Of a DNA stretch of 64,000 nucleotides, positions 1-9,044 are shown one piece after another. A model generated the notes under the pieces. That model was not told the origin of the DNA and made no database searches. It saw only the letters and a list, made by a program, of their open reading frames with translations. A program made the position numbers and the translations under genes. Position 1 is the stretch's first letter, and every line of letters starts with the position of its first letter. The stretch comes from an uncultured Parapedobacter sp. (GTDB taxonomy: Bacteria; Bacteroidota; Bacteroidia; Sphingobacteriales; Sphingobacteriaceae), in the NCBI GenBank assembly GCA_964613725.1, contig CAZTJY010000001.1, forward strand, positions 1,256-65,255, written 5' to 3'.

Positions 1-2
1 CA

Positions 3-938
3 GGCTTGCTCATCGGCTGGATGATGGGTCTTCCATTTAAGGAAATCATGGTGCTTTGTGGCATCATGACCAGTTCGTCGACAGCCATCGTGGCGAAGGT
101 GCTAACCGACTTGAAGCGGACAGCCAACCCCGAAACCGAGGTCATTATGGGCATGATTATGTTCGATGACCTGTTTATCGCCATGCATATTTCGTTCCTT
201 TCGGGACTGATACTCACGGGTAGCAGCTCGTTTTGGACAGTAGCTGGCACGTCGTTGCTAGCGTTAGGGTTTATCCTCGCCTTCCTTATCCTCGGCAGGA
301 AACTGGTGCCGGCGATTGACAGGATTCTGCAGGACAAAACGTCTGAACTGTTCGTCCTTGTCATCTTTGCCCTACTATTTATCGTTGCTGGTTTTTCGGA
401 AACCATCCATGTGGCGGAAGCTATCGGCGCTTTAATGGCGGGGTTGGTACTTGCCGATTCGCAATACATCAAGCGTATCGAACAACTGGTACTTCCCTTC
501 AAAGACTTCTTTGGCGCGATGTTTTTCTTCAGCTTCGGCCTGTCCATCGACCCTACTACCCTGAGTGGTGCCGTGCTATGGGCTTCCATTGCCGCACTGG
601 TGACCATTATTTGTAATGTCGCTTCCGGTTATTTCGCTTCCCGTTTCTCCGGTCTGAAGAAACGCAATTCCGTCGATATCGGGTTTACGCTAGCGGCGCG
701 CGGCGAATTTTCCATTATCATGGCCAATATAGGCAAGGCCGGGAAGCTCCTCCCCGTCATTCAGTCGTTTGTGGTGGTGTATGTATTGATATTATCTATT
801 GTTGCTCCACTGCTCACCAAAGAGTCACGCACCATCTGGAATGCCTTATTTGGCAAAGGTAATGTGGAAAAGAAGCCTGTAAAAACACTAAGCGACCTTG
901 AAAAGCGCGCTATCGATAACGAAAACACATCGCCATGA
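3..938 (+). CDS. Cation:proton antiporter, CPA2 family (KhtU/KefB-like membrane domain), 5'-truncated by window edge
   Basis: Multi-TM protein with CPA2-type motifs SSSTAIVAKVL, FDDLFIA, IGALMAGLVL and ARGEFS; frame is open to the window start. Confidence 0.85.
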   Translation, partial: GLLIGWMMGLPFKEIMVLCGIMTSSSTAIVAKVLTDLKRTANPETEVIMGMIMFDDLFIAMHISFLSGLILTGSSSFWTVAGTSLLALGFILAFLILGRKLVPAIDRILQDKTSELFVLVIFALLFIVAGFSETIHVAEAIGALMAGLVLADSQYIKRIEQLVLPFKDFFGAMFFFSFGLSIDPTTLSGAVLWASIAALVTIICNVASGYFASRFSGLKKRNSVDIGFTLAARGEFSIIMANIGKAGKLLPVIQSFVVVYVLILSIVAPLLTKESRTIWNALFGKGNVEKKPVKTLSDLEKRAIDNENTSP

Positions 939-1546
939 AACACGTTTCAATCCCGGTATTGCTGGCGGCTTTACTCGCCTCTTGTGGCAATGCATCCAAA
1001 TCGGATGGCAACGATGCGGGCGCCATTCCGCTATTTGAAATCGTCAGCAATCCCGCCCATCCCACACATATCGCCTTGCGGTTAGTGAGCCGCACAGACA
1101 GCGACACATCCATAACCTATGTGGCCAAAGGATTATATGGCGGAGATACCGTCGGATTCCATATCGAATTGGATAAGCAGATCGTTGCAGGCATTAGCCC
1201 GGAGGGGTCGGTCGACGAAGAAAATGGATTCACTACCGGGTCCATTACGTTTCTGCGCTCGGGGCTCGAAAGCGACCGATTCGCCACTGTATTGGCAGAA
1301 TTATGGCGCGTGGATAATGTGACCAGGATGAAAGCCACTCCTATCGAGCCGCTGGTATTTTCGTCCAACCGTATTGCCGTGGATTACGACAAGTCATTCA
1401 CGTATAGTTTCAAGTTGTTTTTTTCACCCGGTGCGCCCGTGCCGGGGGAAGTATTCTTTACATTCGACACATTCAAGAAAACCATCGAATTCCAGGAAAA
1501 AGACGCGCAATTCCGCTCTCAGATCGTTCACTCCTTTGGCGAATAG
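935..1546 (+). CDS. Hypothetical lipoprotein
   Basis: Signal peptide with lipobox LASC; ATGA overlap with the upstream stop suggests translational coupling. Confidence 0.75.
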   Translation: MKHVSIPVLLAALLASCGNASKSDGNDAGAIPLFEIVSNPAHPTHIALRLVSRTDSDTSITYVAKGLYGGDTVGFHIELDKQIVAGISPEGSVDEENGFTTGSITFLRSGLESDRFATVLAELWRVDNVTRMKATPIEPLVFSSNRIAVDYDKSFTYSFKLFFSPGAPVPGEVFFTFDTFKKTIEFQEKDAQFRSQIVHSFGE

Positions 1547-1577
1547 CCTCGCGTGGACTGTGTGAGCTGAATCTCGT

Positions 1578-1898
1578 TTACATGAAGCCGAGTTCCAGCC
1601 GGGCCACGTCGCTCATCATGCTTTTGTCCCAGGCGGGATCAAACGTGAGTTCTACGAGCGCTTGGTTCACGCCTGGTACCTCCCCTACCTTGCGTTGCAC
1701 TTCGTCGATGATGTCTCCAGCCACCGGGCATCCAGGTGCGGTCAATGTCATCACCACCTTGGCAATGCCGCCTTCTTTGGTAATTAATTCATATACCAAA
1801 CCCAATTCAACAATGTTAACGGGGATTTCCGGGTCAAAAACAGTTTCCAACGTTTCGGTAATGGCCGGAGCTAACTGTAAAGGGTCGTTGACTATCAT
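1578..1898 (-). CDS. Metal-sulfur cluster assembly factor (DUF59/SufT-like)
   Basis: Motifs DPEIPVNIVELGLVY, MTLTAPGCP and LTFDPAWDKSMMS; ATG at 1898 chosen. Confidence 0.9.
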   Translation of the reverse strand: MIVNDPLQLAPAITETLETVFDPEIPVNIVELGLVYELITKEGGIAKVVMTLTAPGCPVAGDIIDEVQRKVGEVPGVNQALVELTFDPAWDKSMMSDVARLELGFM

Positions 1899-1922
1899 GC
1901 GCTTCCTTGTATTATGGTTCAA

Positions 1923-1930
1923 CAAATTTA
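1923..1930 (-). promoter_or_regulatory. Putative Bacteroidota primary-sigma -7 element (TAAATTTG) for the DUF59 gene
   Basis: Matches TAnnTTTG on the minus strand about 25 nt upstream of ATG 1898. Confidence 0.45.
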
Positions 1931-2064
1931 GTGTATTTGCACGACTTCACCGCATTATCCAACTTTCTTGACATTGCTCCCATAAAACCATAACTTTAAC
2001 CGACGCAAGTATGTGACTCCTACAGAGATGGAAAAGCATTGAAGATCAAAATTTATTAGCGTAT

Positions 2065-3549
2065 ATGAAAACGATCATGACCGCCACGCAACTGCGGGAA
2101 GCCGATCGCCATAGCATCGAGCAAACGCCTATAGCCTCGCTCGACTTAATGGAAAACGCCGCAACGGCGTTTACAATAGCATTCATGCAGTTGTATCCGG
2201 ACAAAAACACCAGCATATTAGTATGCTGCGGCACTGGAAATAACGGCGGAGATGGCTTAGCTGTCGCCAGACTGCTGCAATCACAGGGTTACGATGCCAT
2301 TGCTGTCTGGATTGCACGGTTTGCCGACCGTGAAAGTGAAGATTTCGCCGCCAACCTCGCTCGCCTACATCGCACCCCCATCCCCGTTACCGAATGCTTT
2401 CCTGCGGATGAATTCGTTAGCATCGAGCAGCGGATCGTTATCGATGCATTGGTAGGCTCCGGACTCAATAGGCCATTAGAAGGTGATTGGTTAAGGCTAG
2501 CAAAGCATCTTAACCACTCGTCCAGTAAGACCGTTGCCGTAGACATTCCATCTGGCCTACGGCCAGATGGTGCAATGCCTGAAAGCGAGTATTCGGTATA
2601 TGCCGATGACGTGATCACCTTCCACCGACCTAAACTCAGCTTTTTCTTTCCTGAGTCGACACGGGCGATGACGCGCTTCCATGTAGTCGATATCGGCCTT
2701 GACGACGATTACATCGAGCGTTTACCCACGGAATACCGACTGGTGGAACCCGCCGATATCCAACGTATCTATCGACGCCGGGGCCAGTTTTCCCACAAAG
2801 GCACTTACGGCCATGCTCTAGTCTTCGCTGGGGCCGTTGATACTATGGGTGCCGCGCTGCTGGCGGCTGGCGCAAGCGTATATGCTGGCACGGGGCTCAC
2901 CTCCGCCAGCATTCCGGCTGACGGTCTAACGGCCTTAAATGCACGATACCCTGAGGTGATGTATTGTGACCGCATAGCCGCAACGGCCTCCATGGAAAAA
3001 TTCGATGCGATAGCCATGGGTTCAGGATTGGGAGTAGACTATCCCGATCTACAAAAAATTCTAACTGGAACAAAAAAACCGATGGTCGTCGACGCGGATG
3101 CGCTCTCCTTCCTCAGCAAGGATCCAAAACTGCTTCAAAAATTACCGCATCAAAGCATCCTCACGCCGCACATGAAGGAGTTCGATCGGTTGTTTGGGCC
3201 GCATAACAGCTGGTGGGATCGCGTGCAGACGGCCAAGGAACAGGCCGCTACCCTCGAATTGATCATTATATTAAAAAACCGGTATACTTTCATTGTACTA
3301 CCGGATGGTAACATAGCCATCAACCCAAGCGGTAATCCTGCCATGGCTAGTGGCGGTATGGGCGACGTGCTGACCGGGGTACTTGTATCTTTTTTAGCCC
3401 AAGGATATCCCCCTCAAGATGCGGCCATCATGGCGTGTTATCTGCATGGCTTGGCTGGCGATAGACTACAGGCTACTGGAATGGCGGTCGTGCCCGCAAC
3501 TCGCGTCATCGCAGAACTTCCCTATGCTATTGCATCATTGAGTGATTAG
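2065..3549 (+). CDS. nnr: Bifunctional NAD(P)H-hydrate epimerase/dehydratase
   Basis: YjeF_N motifs LMENAA, GNNGGDG and DIPSG, plus carbohydrate-kinase-like motifs HKGTYG, VDADAL, TPHMKEF and GGMGDVLTG. Confidence 0.95.
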   Translation: MKTIMTATQLREADRHSIEQTPIASLDLMENAATAFTIAFMQLYPDKNTSILVCCGTGNNGGDGLAVARLLQSQGYDAIAVWIARFADRESEDFAANLARLHRTPIPVTECFPADEFVSIEQRIVIDALVGSGLNRPLEGDWLRLAKHLNHSSSKTVAVDIPSGLRPDGAMPESEYSVYADDVITFHRPKLSFFFPESTRAMTRFHVVDIGLDDDYIERLPTEYRLVEPADIQRIYRRRGQFSHKGTYGHALVFAGAVDTMGAALLAAGASVYAGTGLTSASIPADGLTALNARYPEVMYCDRIAATASMEKFDAIAMGSGLGVDYPDLQKILTGTKKPMVVDADALSFLSKDPKLLQKLPHQSILTPHMKEFDRLFGPHNSWWDRVQTAKEQAATLELIIILKNRYTFIVLPDGNIAINPSGNPAMASGGMGDVLTGVLVSFLAQGYPPQDAAIMACYLHGLAGDRLQATGMAVVPATRVIAELPYAIASLSD

Positions 3550-3649
3550 CAAAATCAGACAATGGTACGATCGAACAATCGATTGCGTACCTGAAGCTGT
3601 TGCGAAACCCATAAGCATTCCTTAGTATTGAAGAAGATTAGTAGACCGG

Positions 3650-5404
3650 ATGAATAAGAAGAGTATACTACTGCTGTCCAGCTTGGCATTACTGACGGCA
3701 TGCGATGGTTCACGCCCTGAGAAATCCTGTGAAACCTATGCAGAAGTTCCCGATCCCGATACGGCGTTTGTCGACTGGTCGGGCGTAAGCGGGCTTAACT
3801 ATGCCTTTGGTACGATCGATGAACGGTACGCCAAGTCGGCCATACCCAACGTGATACCATCCACCAGATGGCAGGGTAACGGTTGGCGTGGAGAGCGCAT
3901 CTCCGCACAACTCCTCTTGTGGTCTGACCAACCCGTCGACCGGATTAAATTTGACTTTTCCCCTTTCATCGCGGAAGATGGTTCGACCATGGATGGATCC
4001 ATCGGTACAGCACGTTTCGTACGGTACGTGCTTACCGATATTTTTGCTTCGGGGTGTGGTCACCGTCAACCCGAGGATTTCCCTGTGTCCTTATCGGCCG
4101 ATGTGCTGGACAATGTCGATTGTTTCGATATGCCGGGGGCTACTACCCTACCCGTCTGGCTGAGTTTTGACATTCCCGCCGATGCCAAGCCAGGCATATA
4201 TACCGGCACACTGAACCTCTACGCCGAAGGCAAGGAAGCAAAAGAGCTGGATCTATCCATCGAGGTCCTCCCGCAAACATTGCCACCAGCAAGCGAATGG
4301 GCATTCCACCTGGATATGTGGCAACACCCGTCGGCCGTTGCACGGGTGCATGGCGTAGAAGTGTGGTCGGAAGAACACTGGGAGTTGATGAAAGCGCCAA
4401 TGAAGATGCTGGCCGATGCGGGGCAGAAAGTCATAACGGCCAACCTGAATAAAGACCCATGGAATAACCAGTGTTTTGATCCTTACGAAGATATGATCCG
4501 CTGGACAAAGCAAGCGAACGGCCAATGGGCATACGATTATACCATCTTTGACCGCTGGGTCAATTTCATGCTGGATCTAGGTGTAAACAAACTCATCAAT
4601 TGTTATTCGTTATTGCCTTGGAACCACGAAATCCACTACCTCGACGAAGCGTCGGGCACCACCGTGAATGTGAGTGCTAAACCGGGAAGTCCGGAATTCA
4701 CGGAGCTCTGGGCACCTTTCCTCACTAACTTCCGCGATCACTTGAGGGCCAAGGGCTGGCTTTCATTTACCAACATTGCCATGGATGAACGCTCGCCCGA
4801 AGAGATGAAAATTGCATTGGCGCTGCTCGGCAAGGTTGTTCCCGACCTAGGGGTAGCCCTAGCCGACAACCACAAAAGCTACCAGCAATACCCCATGCTG
4901 AACGACATCTGTGTGGCCTTCGGAGCTGATTTTGATGAAAAGGACTTGGCGTTCAGAAAGGAAAACGGGCTGATAAGCACCTATTATGTGTGTTGTGCCG
5001 ATGAATTCCCGAATGTGTTCACGTTCTCCGACCCATCCGAAGGCGTTTTCATGGGATGGTATACACGCGCTTCTGGCCTTGATGGTTATTTACACTGGTC
5101 GTATAACTCGTGGACTGAACACCCATTGACCGATTCGCGGTTCCGCACCTGGCCGGCCGGCGACACGTATGTGATATATCCCGAAGGCCGGAGTTCCATC
5201 CGTTTTGAGCGCATCCGTGAAGGTATTCAAGATGCTGAGAAAATAAGGATATTGCGTGAAAATTTCCTAGCAACCACCGATACAGTTAAATTAGCGATAC
5301 TTGATGAAGAGTTAGCGAAGTTCAATACGAAGGCGGCACCCGACTCGACCACGGCCGCGTTGGTTAACCATGGCAAAGCGGTACTCAGAAAGCTAAGTCG
5401 ATAG
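3650..5404 (+). CDS. Glycoside hydrolase family 123-like lipoprotein (DUF4091), probable beta-N-acetylgalactosaminidase
   Basis: Lipobox LTAC; motifs HLDMWQHP, adjacent catalytic-type DE (IAMDERS) and C-terminal SSIRFERIREGIQDAEK. Confidence 0.75.
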   Translation: MNKKSILLLSSLALLTACDGSRPEKSCETYAEVPDPDTAFVDWSGVSGLNYAFGTIDERYAKSAIPNVIPSTRWQGNGWRGERISAQLLLWSDQPVDRIKFDFSPFIAEDGSTMDGSIGTARFVRYVLTDIFASGCGHRQPEDFPVSLSADVLDNVDCFDMPGATTLPVWLSFDIPADAKPGIYTGTLNLYAEGKEAKELDLSIEVLPQTLPPASEWAFHLDMWQHPSAVARVHGVEVWSEEHWELMKAPMKMLADAGQKVITANLNKDPWNNQCFDPYEDMIRWTKQANGQWAYDYTIFDRWVNFMLDLGVNKLINCYSLLPWNHEIHYLDEASGTTVNVSAKPGSPEFTELWAPFLTNFRDHLRAKGWLSFTNIAMDERSPEEMKIALALLGKVVPDLGVALADNHKSYQQYPMLNDICVAFGADFDEKDLAFRKENGLISTYYVCCADEFPNVFTFSDPSEGVFMGWYTRASGLDGYLHWSYNSWTEHPLTDSRFRTWPAGDTYVIYPEGRSSIRFERIREGIQDAEKIRILRENFLATTDTVKLAILDEELAKFNTKAAPDSTTAALVNHGKAVLRKLSR

Positions 5405-5491
5405 ATAGATCGCTATGCCACCGGATTTTTCTCGTCGTGGCTACTGGTTTCCAGTAAATGGTTACCTTTATCGCGAACAACACCTAATATT

Positions 5492-5971
5492 ATGGAAGAG
5501 AACAACCATGTAACGCCTGAGGCAAATGTACCGTCGGAACCATCATTGGTCATAAACAAAGAAATCCGTTTCTTTTTATCCGAAATCACTAAATGGAGCA
5601 AATTTTTAGCGATTGTTGGTTTTATAATGGCCGCCCTAATCATTTTGATAGGTATTGCATTCATGTTTTTTGGATCGGCTTTTACTGCCCAACTGCCCAC
5701 ACAATTTGTTTTTACAGGCATGATCGGCGCCATTTATGTGACCATGGGCTTATTATATTATTTCCCCGCCAAGTATTTATATGATTTTTCGACGTATGCA
5801 AGCCAAGCCTTGGCGGTGCAGAATCAGGAAGCGCTTGTATACGCTTTCGCCAAATTGAAATCCTTTTATAAGTTTTGGGGAATCCTCATGATCATTGTAT
5901 TGGCGGTATATGCCATTGCCATCGTCTTAGGGCTACTTGGTGCGGTATTGGGCGCAATGTGGTTTGTTTGA
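5492..5971 (+). CDS. DUF5362-like membrane protein
   Basis: Three hydrophobic segments; KWSKFLAIVGF and LKSFYKFWGI patterns. Confidence 0.7.
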   Translation: MEENNHVTPEANVPSEPSLVINKEIRFFLSEITKWSKFLAIVGFIMAALIILIGIAFMFFGSAFTAQLPTQFVFTGMIGAIYVTMGLLYYFPAKYLYDFSTYASQALAVQNQEALVYAFAKLKSFYKFWGILMIIVLAVYAIAIVLGLLGAVLGAMWFV

Positions 5972-6039
5972 AGGGCTTGAAAGCACACTTACTATTGATT
6001 GGCTACCGTGTAACAAAATCACCAAAGGCACATCAAATC

Positions 6040-6402
6040 ATGATGAACCAAATACTCAAACTCGAACAGGCAGCTCTACTGATTGCATGCTATATCGTTA
6101 GTATGCAGCTCGGCCATCCGTGGTGGCTATTCCTTGCACTTTTGCTTCTTCCGGATATCAGCATGGTAGGTTACGTAGTGAACAACAGGTGGGGTGCCGT
6201 GCTTTATAACCTGTTCCATCACCAGGGTGTTGCTGTAATGGTAATCGTTATTGGCTGGTATGCCGGTCAACCTTATGTATTGCTTGCGGGCATTGTCTTA
6301 CTTGGCCATAGCGCCATGGATAGAATGCTTGGCTACGGCCTAAAGTATATCACGAGCTTCCAAGACACTCATCTTGGTAAGATCGGCAAGAAAGTGAGTT
6401 GA
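6040..6402 (+). CDS. DUF4260 family membrane protein
   Basis: Motifs LLPDISMVGY, YNLFHH and HSAMDRMLGYGLKY...FQDTHLG; start at MMNQ. Confidence 0.85.
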   Translation: MMNQILKLEQAALLIACYIVSMQLGHPWWLFLALLLLPDISMVGYVVNNRWGAVLYNLFHHQGVAVMVIVIGWYAGQPYVLLAGIVLLGHSAMDRMLGYGLKYITSFQDTHLGKIGKKVS

Positions 6403-6483
6403 GACAATTGTATTAATTGGTTCCAGGACCGTGATTTGCTATAGGATAAATGTTAACTTCAATACCGCCATCCGGCCACGTAG

Positions 6484-7077
6484 GTCATACACACTATAAC
6501 CGGGTCTGCCAGAATCGCGACCTTTGATCCGGCAATCTGCATTTTGGATGTCATGATGCCCGTTAAGGACGGGTACGCACTTACCGAAGATATCCGCAAG
6601 CTCAACGATCGCGTTCCCATTATTTTTCTTACGGCCAAATCGCTGACCGAAGACGTGGTGAAAGGTTTTGACCTTGGTGGCAATGACTACCTGAAAAAGC
6701 CATTTAGCATGGAGGAGTTGTTTGTGCGGATGAACGCATTACTGAATAGAACCGCAAAACCGAAGGCCTCCACAAAAGAGCGATTTATATTCGACAACTA
6801 TTTATTCAATAACACCTTGCAGGAACTTGCTCTCGGGGACGACGTGGTTAAGCTTTCCTTCCGGGAATCGGCTTTGCTCAAAATGCTGATGGAACACAAA
6901 AACCAGGTGCTCGACCGGAGGATGGCGTTAGACTCCCTTTGGGGGGGCGATAGTTTCTTTAATGCCCGGAGCATGGATGTGTTCATTTCCAAACTCCGCA
7001 AGCATCTAAAAAAGGATGATACTATTGAAATCGTAAATGTCCGAGGAATCGGGTATAAGTTGATTGTGGAAGAGTAG
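6484..7077 (+). pseudogene. OmpR/PhoB-type response regulator with N-terminally truncated receiver domain
   Basis: Retains FDPAICILDVMMP, IIFLTAK, DYLKKPFS and a winged-helix end (RSMDVFISKLRK, NVRGIGYK). In-frame TAG at 6481 and no ATG before the phosphoacceptor region, so the acidic-pocket strand is missing. Confidence 0.6.
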
Positions 7078-7082
7078 GCAGC

Positions 7083-8882
7083 TTAGGTCGATGCAAAAAA
7101 ACTTTTCAACGCTTCGATTTGCTTCTCATTCAACACGCCTCGCAATTCCTCTGTGCCAGCCTCACGTATCTTCTTTACGGATTTGAAAGTCTTAAGCAAT
7201 TTCTCCGCAGTCGTACGGCCTATTCCGGGGACGCTTTCGAGTTCTGTACGGAACGTATTGCGACTCCGTTGTTTGCGGTGGAAGGTGATGCCAAACCGGT
7301 GCGCCTCGTCGCGCAGGTGCTGGATGACTTTCAAGGTCTCCGACTTCTTGTCGAGGTAAAGTGGGTACTGGTCGCCGGGATAGTATAGTTCCTCCAACCG
7401 CTTGGCAATACCAATCACCGTAACCTGCTTGTCGATGCCCAACAGTTTCAGGCTCTTCAGTGCGGACGATAGTTGGCCCTTGCCCCCATCGATGATGATG
7501 AGCTGTGGAAGTGTCTGCCCCTCGTCCAACAACCGTCGGTAACGCCGATGTACAGCCTCTTCCATCGTGGCAAAATCATTAGGTCCTTCTACGGTCTTTA
7601 CATTGAAATGGCGGTAGTCTTTTTTTGATGGCCTGGCATCTTTGAAAACCACTACGGCCGATACGGGGTATTTACCCTGGAAGTTGGAGTTATCAAAACA
7701 TTCGATATGCCGGGGGAGCACATTCATCCGTAGGTCGCGTTGCATCTGTGAAAGGATGCGCTCGATTTTCAGTTCGGGGTTGAGCTTCTCGTATTGGTTG
7801 AGCCGCTCTTTCTTGAAGTACAACGCATTTTTGAGCGAGAGTTCAAGCAGTTTTTTCTTCTCCCCCTGCTTTGGTACAGTAAACCTGAGGGCTGCTGTAT
7901 CGACATCAAGGGCAAACGGAACGATGATTTCCTTGGAAGTGCTGTTAAACCGACTACGTATTTCCGAAATCGCCAGGCTCAACAATTCGGTTTCACTTTC
8001 GTCCAATCGCTTCTTCAATTCCACGGTCTGCGTTTGGATGATGACACCATTCATCACTTTCAAGTAGTTGACAAACGCATGATTCTGGTCGGAAGCGATG
8101 CTAAATACATCGACATTGGTGATGGAAGAGTTGACCACTGTTGATTTACTTTGGTAGCGGTCTAATAGATCGAGCTTGGTCTTCAGGTGGTGGGCGTACT
8201 CGAAATTCAATTCGGCCACCGCGGCGTCCAACTGTTCCTTCAACCGGCGGATAACCACGCCGATTTTCCCATTAAGGATGTCACGGATATCCTTCAAACT
8301 GTGTTCGTAGTCTTCTTCTGCTTGGTACCCCTCGCAGGGCCCTTTGCAATTGCCAATTTGGTATTCCAGGCAAACGCGGAATTTGCCACCGGCAATGTTT
8401 TCCGGGGTGAGCGACAGGTTACAGGTGCGGAGGGGGTAAAGCTCGCGTATGGTATCCATGATGGCGTGCATCATCCCCACCGAGGCGTAAGGACCGAAAT
8501 ACTTGGATCCGTCTTTGACATATTTGCGGGTTGGAAAGACGCGCGGAAACCGCTCATTTTTGATGACAATCCAAGGGTAGGTCTTATCATCTTTCAACAT
8601 GACATTGTACCTCGGTTGATGCTTCTTGATCAGGCTGTTTTCCAACAGCCAGGCGTCAATCTCCGTATCAACAATGGTAAAAGTAATGCGGCTGATTTTA
8701 CGTACCAGCACACGGGTCTTGCCATTCAGTTGGCTGGTCTTGACGAAATACGAACTGACGCGACTTTTGAGATCCTTCGCTTTACCAATATAGATGAGCG
8801 CACCATCGGCATCCCAATACTGATACACCCCCGGCCGGTGCGGTATCTGCTCAAGTGCTTTACGGTAGTCAAATTTGGTCAC
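7083..8882 (-). CDS. uvrC: Excinuclease ABC subunit C
   Basis: GIY-YIG (PGVYQY...IYIGKAKDL), Cys cluster, IECFDNSN, IIIDGGKGQL and C-terminal HhH. Confidence 0.97.
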   Translation of the reverse strand: MTKFDYRKALEQIPHRPGVYQYWDADGALIYIGKAKDLKSRVSSYFVKTSQLNGKTRVLVRKISRITFTIVDTEIDAWLLENSLIKKHQPRYNVMLKDDKTYPWIVIKNERFPRVFPTRKYVKDGSKYFGPYASVGMMHAIMDTIRELYPLRTCNLSLTPENIAGGKFRVCLEYQIGNCKGPCEGYQAEEDYEHSLKDIRDILNGKIGVVIRRLKEQLDAAVAELNFEYAHHLKTKLDLLDRYQSKSTVVNSSITNVDVFSIASDQNHAFVNYLKVMNGVIIQTQTVELKKRLDESETELLSLAISEIRSRFNSTSKEIIVPFALDVDTAALRFTVPKQGEKKKLLELSLKNALYFKKERLNQYEKLNPELKIERILSQMQRDLRMNVLPRHIECFDNSNFQGKYPVSAVVVFKDARPSKKDYRHFNVKTVEGPNDFATMEEAVHRRYRRLLDEGQTLPQLIIIDGGKGQLSSALKSLKLLGIDKQVTVIGIAKRLEELYYPGDQYPLYLDKKSETLKVIQHLRDEAHRFGITFHRKQRSRNTFRTELESVPGIGRTTAEKLLKTFKSVKKIREAGTEELRGVLNEKQIEALKSFFAST

Positions 8883-9044
8883 AGCTATCTTATTCTCCTT
8901 TCACACATTAATCACGTAAATACCGCTAAGATTTTTCGCACGACGGCAGTAAAGTAGGACCCTTTACGTACTCGATTGCATGCTTCGCGTGAACTTCTGT
9001 GCACTTTGCGTGACAACTTCGCTTGGAATTTCTTAACCCCTTAC

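Noticed and set aside
5875-6039. N-terminal extension of the DUF4260 gene
   Set aside because: Overlaps the upstream gene; family similarity starts at MMNQ (6040)
8187-8957. 256-aa plus-strand ORF
   Set aside because: Antisense shadow of uvrC with no recognisable motifs
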